The notes under the pieces are model-generated. The model saw nothing but the letters and a program-made list of their open reading frames with translations. It was not told the origin of the DNA and searched no databases. Positions 54,001 through 64,000 of a stretch of DNA of 64,000 bases are shown here, in pieces (positions within the stretch are counted from its first letter, which is position 1; each line of letters starts with the position of its first letter). Both the position numbers and the translations under genes were made by a program. This DNA comes from Flectonema sp. DT1601 (taxonomy: Eukaryota): contig OZ025781.1 in the NCBI GenBank assembly GCA_964019425.1, positions 1,736,001 through 1,800,000 of the forward strand, in the 5' to 3' direction.

Positions 54001-57000
54001 GTGACACACTCGTGTTCGTGTAGCGAAGCGTTTCGGCGACTTCGAAGACGACGACGACGACGACGACGTAGAAGAGACGGTGTATGTGACTGACCTTCTT
54101 CTTCCTTATTTATCTATTTACTTTTGTTAATTACTTCCTCTTAATTTCATTCCTCTCTTAGATTGTTGTTTATTTGCTTATTTATTTGTTTGTTTATTTG
54201 TCTGTTTATCTGTCTGTATATTCTGTTACTATCTGTTATCTTGTTACATTTATCTGTATATTAGAGTACATTTTTGTTATTGTTAAATTAAAACATCTTC
54301 TTCACAGTTTTTTCCCTCCCTCGCCCCATCCCCGTCAGCGAGTAGGAAAGCGCAGCTAGGAATTTTTCCACGCAAGCGGATCCCACAACCCGACCACCCT
54401 TCCCCACGCTCACCCCATCCACCCTCCCCCACCCCAACAAAAGAAGAAAACGGCGGCAGCCACGTGACACACTCGTGTTCGTGTAGCGAAGCGTTTCGGC
54501 GACTTCGAAGACGACGACGACGACGACGACGTAGAAGAGACGGTGTATGTGACTGACCTTCTTCTTCCTTATTTATCTATTTACTTTTGTTAATTACTTC
54601 CTCTTAATTTCATTCCTCTCTTAGATTGTTGTTTATTTGCTTATTTATTTGTTTGTTTATTTGTCTGTTTATCTGTCTGTATATTCTGTTACTATCTGTT
54701 ATCTTGTTACATTTATCTGTATATTAGAGTACATTTTTGTTATTGTTAAATTAAAACATCTTCTTCACAGTTTTTTCCCTCCCTCGCCCCATCCCCGTCA
54801 GCGAGTAGGAAAGCGCAGCTAGGAATTTTTCCACGCAAGCGGATCCCACAACCCGACCACCCTTCCCCACGCTCACCCCATCCACCCTCCCCCACCCCAA
54901 CAAAAGAAGAAAACGGCGGCAGCCACGTGACACACTCGTGTTCGTGTAGCGAAGCGTTTCGGCGACTTCGAAGACGACGACGACGACGACGACGTAGAAG
55001 AGACGGTGTATGTGACTGACCTTCTTCTTCCTTATTTATCTATTTACTTTTGTTAATTACTTCCTCTTAATTTCATTCCTCTCTTAGATTGTTGTTTATT
55101 TGCTTATTTATTTGTTTGTTTATTTGTCTGTTTATCTGTCTGTATATTCTGTTACTATCTGTTATCTTGTTACATTTATCTGTATATTAGAGTACATTTT
55201 TGTTATTGTTAAATTAAAACATCTTCTTCACAGTTTTTTCCCTCCCTCGCCCCATCCCCGTCAGCGAGTAGGAAAGCGCAGCTAGGAATTTTTCCACGCA
55301 AGCGGATCCCACAACCCGACCACCCTTCCCCACGCTCACCCCATCCACCCTCCCCCACCCCAACAAAAGAAGAAAACGGCGGCAGCCACGTGACACACTC
55401 GTGTTCGTGTAGCGAAGCGTTTCGGCGACTTCGAAGACGACGACGACGACGACGACGTAGAAGAGACGGTGTATGTGACTGACCTTCTTCTTCCTTATTT
55501 ATCTATTTACTTTTGTTAATTACTTCCTCTTAATTTCATTCCTCTCTTAGATTGTTGTTTATTTGCTTATTTATTTGTTTGTTTATTTGTCTGTTTATCT
55601 GTCTGTATATTCTGTTACTATCTGTTATCTTGTTACATTTATCTGTATATTAGAGTACATTTTTGTTATTGTTAAATTAAAACATCTTCTTCACAGTTTT
55701 TTCCCTCCCTCGCCCCATCCCCGTCAGCGAGTAGGAAAGCGCAGCTAGGAATTTTTCCACGCAAGCGGATCCCACAACCCGACCACCCTTCCCCACGCTC
55801 ACCCCATCCACCCTCCCCCACCCCAACAAAAGAAGAAAACGGCGGCAGCCACGTGACACACTCGTGTTCGTGTAGCGAAGCGTTTCGGCGACTTCGAAGA
55901 CGACGACGACGACGACGACGTAGAAGAGACGGTGTATGTGACTGACCTTCTTCTTCCTTATTTATCTATTTACTTTTGTTAATTACTTCCTCTTAATTTC
56001 ATTCCTCTCTTAGATTGTTGTTTATTTGCTTATTTATTTGTTTGTTTATTTGTCTGTTTATCTGTCTGTATATTCTGTTACTATCTGTTATCTTGTTACA
56101 TTTATCTGTATATTAGAGTACATTTTTGTTATTGTTAAATTAAAACATCTTCTTCACAGTTTTTTCCCTCCCTCGCCCCATCCCCGTCAGCGAGTAGGAA
56201 AGCGCAGCTAGGAATTTTTCCACGCAAGCGGATCCCACAACCCGACCACCCTTCCCCACGCTCACCCCATCCACCCTCCCCCACCCCAACAAAAGAAGAA
56301 AACGGCGGCAGCCACGTGACACACTCGTGTTCGTGTAGCGAAGCGTTTCGGCGACTTCGAAGACGACGACGACGACGACGACGTAGAAGAGACGGTGTAT
56401 GTGACTGACCTTCTTCTTCCTTATTTATCTATTTACTTTTGTTAATTACTTCCTCTTAATTTCATTCCTCTCTTAGATTGTTGTTTATTTGCTTATTTAT
56501 TTGTTTGTTTATTTGTCTGTTTATCTGTCTGTATATTCTGTTACTATCTGTTATCTTGTTACATTTATCTGTATATTAGAGTACATTTTTGTTATTGTTA
56601 AATTAAAACATCTTCTTCACAGTTTTTTCCCTCCCTCGCCCCATCCCCGTCAGCGAGTAGGAAAGCGCAGCTAGGAATTTTTCCACGCAAGCGGATCCCA
56701 CAACCCGACCACCCTTCCCCACGCTCACCCCATCCACCCTCCCCCACCCCAACAAAAGAAGAAAACGGCGGCAGCCACGTGACACACTCGTGTTCGTGTA
56801 GCGAAGCGTTTCGGCGACTTCGAAGACGACGACGACGACGACGACGTAGAAGAGACGGTGTATGTGACTGACCTTCTTCTTCCTTATTTATCTATTTACT
56901 TTTGTTAATTACTTCCTCTTAATTTCATTCCTCTCTTAGATTGTTGTTTATTTGCTTATTTATTTGTTTGTTTATTTGTCTGTTTATCTGTCTGTATATT

Positions 57001-60000
57001 CTGTTACTATCTGTTATCTTGTTACATTTATCTGTATATTAGAGTACATTTTTGTTATTGTTAAATTAAAACATCTTCTTCACAGTTTTTTCCCTCCCTC
57101 GCCCCATCCCCGTCAGCGAGTAGGAAAGCGCAGCTAGGAATTTTTCCACGCAAGCGGATCCCACAACCCGACCACCCTTCCCCACGCTCACCCCATCCAC
57201 CCTCCCCCACCCCAACAAAAGAAGAAAACGGCGGCAGCCACGTGACACACTCGTGTTCGTGTAGCGAAGCGTTTCGGCGACTTCGAAGACGACGACGACG
57301 ACGACGACGTAGAAGAGACGGTGTATGTGACTGACCTTCTTCTTCCTTATTTATCTATTTACTTTTGTTAATTACTTCCTCTTAATTTCATTCCTCTCTT
57401 AGATTGTTGTTTATTTGCTTATTTATTTGTTTGTTTATTTGTCTGTTTATCTGTCTGTATATTCTGTTACTATCTGTTATCTTGTTACATTTATCTGTAT
57501 ATTAGAGTACATTTTTGTTATTGTTAAATTAAAACATCTTCTTCACAGTTTTTTCCCTCCCTCGCCCCATCCCCGTCAGCGAGTAGGAAAGCGCAGCTAG
57601 GAATTTTTCCACGCAAGCGGATCCCACAACCCGACCACCCTTCCCCACGCTCACCCCATCCACCCTCCCCCACCCCAACAAAAGAAGAAAACGGCGGCAG
57701 CCACGTGACACACTCGTGTTCGTGTAGCGAAGCGTTTCGGCGACTTCGAAGACGACGACGACGACGACGACGTAGAAGAGACGGTGTATGTGACTGACCT
57801 TCTTCTTCCTTATTTATCTATTTACTTTTGTTAATTACTTCCTCTTAATTTCATTCCTCTCTTAGATTGTTGTTTATTTGCTTATTTATTTGTTTGTTTA
57901 TTTGTCTGTTTATCTGTCTGTATATTCTGTTACTATCTGTTATCTTGTTACATTTATCTGTATATTAGAGTACATTTTTGTTATTGTTAAATTAAAACAT
58001 CTTCTTCACAGTTTTTTCCCTCCCTCGCCCCATCCCCGTCAGCGAGTAGGAAAGCGCAGCTAGGAATTTTTCCACGCAAGCGGATCCCACAACCCGACCA
58101 CCCTTCCCCACGCTCACCCCATCCACCCTCCCCCACCCCAACAAAAGAAGAAAACGGCGGCAGCCACGTGACACACTCGTGTTCGTGTAGCGAAGCGTTT
58201 CGGCGACTTCGAAGACGACGACGACGACGACGACGTAGAAGAGACGGTGTATGTGACTGACCTTCTTCTTCCTTATTTATCTATTTACTTTTGTTAATTA
58301 CTTCCTCTTAATTTCATTCCTCTCTTAGATTGTTGTTTATTTGCTTATTTATTTGTTTGTTTATTTGTCTGTTTATCTGTCTGTATATTCTGTTACTATC
58401 TGTTATCTTGTTACATTTATCTGTATATTAGAGTACATTTTTGTTATTGTTAAATTAAAACATCTTCTTCACAGTTTTTTCCCTCCCTCGCCCCATCCCC
58501 GTCAGCGAGTAGGAAAGCGCAGCTAGGAATTTTTCCACGCAAGCGGATCCCACAACCCGACCACCCTTCCCCACGCTCACCCCATCCACCCTCCCCCACC
58601 CCAACAAAAGAAGAAAACGGCGGCAGCCACGTGACACACTCGTGTTCGTGTAGCGAAGCGTTTCGGCGACTTCGAAGACGACGACGACGACGACGACGTA
58701 GAAGAGACGGTGTATGTGACTGACCTTCTTCTTCCTTATTTATCTATTTACTTTTGTTAATTACTTCCTCTTAATTTCATTCCTCTCTTAGATTGTTGTT
58801 TATTTGCTTATTTATTTGTTTGTTTATTTGTCTGTTTATCTGTCTGTATATTCTGTTACTATCTGTTATCTTGTTACATTTATCTGTATATTAGAGTACA
58901 TTTTTGTTATTGTTAAATTAAAACATCTTCTTCACAGTTTTTTCCCTCCCTCGCCCCATCCCCGTCAGCGAGTAGGAAAGCGCAGCTAGGAATTTTTCCA
59001 CGCAAGCGGATCCCACAACCCGACCACCCTTCCCCACGCTCACCCCATCCACCCTCCCCCACCCCAACAAAAGAAGAAAACGGCGGCAGCCACGTGACAC
59101 ACTCGTGTTCGTGTAGCGAAGCGTTTCGGCGACTTCGAAGACGACGACGACGACGACGACGTAGAAGAGACGGTGTATGTGACTGACCTTCTTCTTCCTT
59201 ATTTATCTATTTACTTTTGTTAATTACTTCCTCTTAATTTCATTCCTCTCTTAGATTGTTGTTTATTTGCTTATTTATTTGTTTGTTTATTTGTCTGTTT
59301 ATCTGTCTGTATATTCTGTTACTATCTGTTATCTTGTTACATTTATCTGTATATTAGAGTACATTTTTGTTATTGTTAAATTAAAACATCTTCTTCACAG
59401 TTTTTTCCCTCCCTCGCCCCATCCCCGTCAGCGAGTAGGAAAGCGCAGCTAGGAATTTTTCCACGCAAGCGGATCCCACAACCCGACCACCCTTCCCCAC
59501 GCTCACCCCATCCACCCTCCCCCACCCCAACAAAAGAAGAAAACGGCGGCAGCCACGTGACACACTCGTGTTCGTGTAGCGAAGCGTTTCGGCGACTTCG
59601 AAGACGACGACGACGACGACGACGTAGAAGAGACGGTGTATGTGACTGACCTTCTTCTTCCTTATTTATCTATTTACTTTTGTTAATTACTTCCTCTTAA
59701 TTTCATTCCTCTCTTAGATTGTTGTTTATTTGCTTATTTATTTGTTTGTTTATTTGTCTGTTTATCTGTCTGTATATTCTGTTACTATCTGTTATCTTGT
59801 TACATTTATCTGTATATTAGAGTACATTTTTGTTATTGTTAAATTAAAACATCTTCTTCACAGTTTTTTCCCTCCCTCGCCCCATCCCCGTCAGCGAGTA
59901 GGAAAGCGCAGCTAGGAATTTTTCCACGCAAGCGGATCCCACAACCCGACCACCCTTCCCCACGCTCACCCCATCCACCCTCCCCCACCCCAACAAAAGA

Positions 60001-63000
60001 AGAAAACGGCGGCAGCCACGTGACACACTCGTGTTCGTGTAGCGAAGCGTTTCGGCGACTTCGAAGACGACGACGACGACGACGACGTAGAAGAGACGGT
60101 GTATGTGACTGACCTTCTTCTTCCTTATTTATCTATTTACTTTTGTTAATTACTTCCTCTTAATTTCATTCCTCTCTTAGATTGTTGTTTATTTGCTTAT
60201 TTATTTGTTTGTTTATTTGTCTGTTTATCTGTCTGTATATTCTGTTACTATCTGTTATCTTGTTACATTTATCTGTATATTAGAGTACATTTTTGTTATT
60301 GTTAAATTAAAACATCTTCTTCACAGTTTTTTCCCTCCCTCGCCCCATCCCCGTCAGCGAGTAGGAAAGCGCAGCTAGGAATTTTTCCACGCAAGCGGAT
60401 CCCACAACCCGACCACCCTTCCCCACGCTCACCCCATCCACCCTCCCCCACCCCAACAAAAGAAGAAAACGGCGGCAGCCACGTGACACACTCGTGTTCG
60501 TGTAGCGAAGCGTTTCGGCGACTTCGAAGACGACGACGACGACGACGACGTAGAAGAGACGGTGTATGTGACTGACCTTCTTCTTCCTTATTTATCTATT
60601 TACTTTTGTTAATTACTTCCTCTTAATTTCATTCCTCTCTTAGATTGTTGTTTATTTGCTTATTTATTTGTTTGTTTATTTGTCTGTTTATCTGTCTGTA
60701 TATTCTGTTACTATCTGTTATCTTGTTACATTTATCTGTATATTAGAGTACATTTTTGTTATTGTTAAATTAAAACATCTTCTTCACAGTTTTTTCCCTC
60801 CCTCGCCCCATCCCCGTCAGCGAGTAGGAAAGCGCAGCTAGGAATTTTTCCACGCAAGCGGATCCCACAACCCGACCACCCTTCCCCACGCTCACCCCAT
60901 CCACCCTCCCCCACCCCAACAAAAGAAGAAAACGGCGGCAGCCACGTGACACACTCGTGTTCGTGTAGCGAAGCGTTTCGGCGACTTCGAAGACGACGAC
61001 GACGACGACGACGTAGAAGAGACGGTGTATGTGACTGACCTTCTTCTTCCTTATTTATCTATTTACTTTTGTTAATTACTTCCTCTTAATTTCATTCCTC
61101 TCTTAGATTGTTGTTTATTTGCTTATTTATTTGTTTGTTTATTTGTCTGTTTATCTGTCTGTATATTCTGTTACTATCTGTTATCTTGTTACATTTATCT
61201 GTATATTAGAGTACATTTTTGTTATTGTTAAATTAAAACATCTTCTTCACAGTTTTTTCCCTCCCTCGCCCCATCCCCGTCAGCGAGTAGGAAAGCGCAG
61301 CTAGGAATTTTTCCACGCAAGCGGATCCCACAACCCGACCACCCTTCCCCACGCTCACCCCATCCACCCTCCCCCACCCCAACAAAAGAAGAAAACGGCG
61401 GCAGCCACGTGACACACTCGTGTTCGTGTAGCGAAGCGTTTCGGCGACTTCGAAGACGACGACGACGACGACGACGTAGAAGAGACGGTGTATGTGACTG
61501 ACCTTCTTCTTCCTTATTTATCTATTTACTTTTGTTAATTACTTCCTCTTAATTTCATTCCTCTCTTAGATTGTTGTTTATTTGCTTATTTATTTGTTTG
61601 TTTATTTGTCTGTTTATCTGTCTGTATATTCTGTTACTATCTGTTATCTTGTTACATTTATCTGTATATTAGAGTACATTTTTGTTATTGTTAAATTAAA
61701 ACATCTTCTTCACAGTTTTTTCCCTCCCTCGCCCCATCCCCGTCAGCGAGTAGGAAAGCGCAGCTAGGAATTTTTCCACGCAAGCGGATCCCACAACCCG
61801 ACCACCCTTCCCCACGCTCACCCCATCCACCCTCCCCCACCCCAACAAAAGAAGAAAACGGCGGCAGCCACGTGACACACTCGTGTTCGTGTAGCGAAGC
61901 GTTTCGGCGACTTCGAAGACGACGACGACGACGACGACGTAGAAGAGACGGTGTATGTGACTGACCTTCTTCTTCCTTATTTATCTATTTACTTTTGTTA
62001 ATTACTTCCTCTTAATTTCATTCCTCTCTTAGATTGTTGTTTATTTGCTTATTTATTTGTTTGTTTATTTGTCTGTTTATCTGTCTGTATATTCTGTTAC
62101 TATCTGTTATCTTGTTACATTTATCTGTATATTAGAGTACATTTTTGTTATTGTTAAATTAAAACATCTTCTTCACAGTTTTTTCCCTCCCTCGCCCCAT
62201 CCCCGTCAGCGAGTAGGAAAGCGCAGCTAGGAATTTTTCCACGCAAGCGGATCCCACAACCCGACCACCCTTCCCCACGCTCACCCCATCCACCCTCCCC
62301 CACCCCAACAAAAGAAGAAAACGGCGGCAGCCACGTGACACACTCGTGTTCGTGTAGCGAAGCGTTTCGGCGACTTCGAAGACGACGACGACGACGACGA
62401 CGTAGAAGAGACGGTGTATGTGACTGACCTTCTTCTTCCTTATTTATCTATTTACTTTTGTTAATTACTTCCTCTTAATTTCATTCCTCTCTTAGATTGT
62501 TGTTTATTTGCTTATTTATTTGTTTGTTTATTTGTCTGTTTATCTGTCTGTATATTCTGTTACTATCTGTTATCTTGTTATATTTATCTGTATATTAGAG
62601 TACATTTTTGTTATTGTTAAATTAAAACATCTTCTTCACAGTTTTTTCCCTCCCTCGCCCCATCCCCGTCAGCGAGTAGGAAAGCGCAGCTAGGAATTTT
62701 TCCACGCAAGCGGATCCCACAACCCGACCACCCTTCCCCACGCTCACCCCATCCACCCTCCCCCACCCCAACAAAAGAAGAAAACGGCGGCAGCCACGTG
62801 ACACACTCGTGTTCGTGTAGCGAAGCGTTTCGGCGACTTCGAAGACGACGACGACGACGACGACGTAGAAGAGACGGTGTATGTGACTGACCTTCTTCTT
62901 CCTTATTTATCTATTTACTTTTGTTAATTACTTCCTCTTAATTTCATTCCTCTCTTAGATTGTTGTTTATTTGCTTATTTATTTGTTTGTTTATTTGTCT

Positions 63001-64000
63001 GTTTATCTGTCTGTATATTCTGTTACTATCTGTTATCTTGTTACATTTATCTGTATATTAGAGTACATTTTTGTTATTGTTAAATTAAAACATCTTCTTC
63101 ACAGTTTTTTCCCTCCCTCGCCCCATCCCCGTCAGCGAGTAGGAAAGCGCAGCTAGGAATTTTTCCACGCAAGCGGATCCCACAACCCGACCACCCTTCC
63201 CCACGCTCACCCCATCCACCCTCCCCCACCCCAACAAAAGAAGAAAACGGCGGCAGCCACGTGACACACTCGTGTTCGTGTAGCGAAGCGTTTCGGCGAC
63301 TTCGAAGACGACGACGACGACGACGACGTAGAAGAGACGGTGTATGTGACTGACCTTCTTCTTCCTTATTTATCTATTTACTTTTGTTAATTACTTCCTC
63401 TTAATTTCATTCCTCTCTTAGATTGTTGTTTATTTGCTTATTTATTTGTTTGTTTATTTGTCTGTTTATCTGTCTGTATATTCTGTTACTATCTGTTATC
63501 TTGTTACATTTATCTGTATATTAGAGTACATTTTTGTTATTGTTAAATTAAAACATCTTCTTCACAGTTTTTTCCCTCCCTCGCCCCATCCCCGTCAGCG
63601 AGTAGGAAAGCGCAGCTAGGAATTTTTCCACGCAAGCGGATCCCACAACCCGACCACCCTTCCCCACGCTCACCCCATCCACCCTCCCCCACCCCAACAA
63701 AAGAAGAAAACGGCGGCAGCCACGTGACACACTCGTGTTCGTGTAGCGAAGCGTTTCGGCGACTTCGAAGACGACGACGACGACGACGACGTAGAAGAGA
63801 CGGTGTATGTGACTGACCTTCTTCTTCCTTATTTATCTATTTACTTTTGTTAATTACTTCCTCTTAATTTCATTCCTCTCTTAGATTGTTGTTTATTTGC
63901 TTATTTATTTGTTTGTTTATTTGTCTGTTTATCTGTCTGTATATTCTGTTACTATCTGTTATCTTGTTACATTTATCTGTATATTAGAGTACATTTTTGT
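51067..64000. repeat. Tandem array of a 463-bp unit: 27 full copies plus one partial, running off the window
   Basis: The ORF track recurs every 463 bp. Units start at 51067+463k, after cacAG. The only variant I noticed is C>T at 62581. Confidence 0.98.

Noticed and set aside
51396..63730. Repeated 60-61 aa ORFs on both strands in the array
   Set aside because: They are low-complexity by-products of the repeat, use non-ATG starts and have no recognisable motifs.
51028..64000. SL RNA gene tandem array
   Set aside because: The SL exon occurs once, is absent from the repeat units, and has no GT donor or SL intron after it.

Overview
AT-rich eukaryotic DNA, most likely from a diplonemid (Euglenozoa). 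The evidence is a complete 39-nt diplonemid-type spliced-leader (SL) exon at 51028-51066, about 15 protein genes all on the + strand with AG acceptors just before many ATGs, and only a few short GT-AG introns. Positions 1-42153 are a unidirectional gene cluster: nucleotide-sugar transporter, NUDT1-like Nudix protein, TPLATE-like ARM protein, CCCH proteins, peroxisomal enoyl-CoA isomerase, cold-shock protein, ABCD transporter, LYR protein, receptor-type cyclase-like protein, EF-hand/WD40, LRR, lipase-FYVE and EF-hand proteins. The cluster ends in about 2 kb of decayed sequence (including a Ulp1-like protease relic) and a convergent tRNA-Glu(TTC). Directly upstream of the tRNA is an unusual minus-strand non-LTR retrotransposon of the Ingi/I type (APE-RT-RNase H-CCHC). 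Its poly(A) ends 13 bp from the tRNA +1. An identical 220-bp block sits in both UTRs. ORF1 and ORF2 are in the same frame, separated by one UGA that is followed by a 2A (StopGo) peptide. At its 5' side it meets, head to head, an SL exon spliced exactly onto the AG acceptor of a 463-bp unit that repeats almost perfectly at least 27.9 times to the window end. The layout parallels Dictyostelium TRE5-A in an unrelated retroelement clade and host, and is the best candidate here for an undescribed system. All homology calls come from motif recognition by eye; no searches were run.
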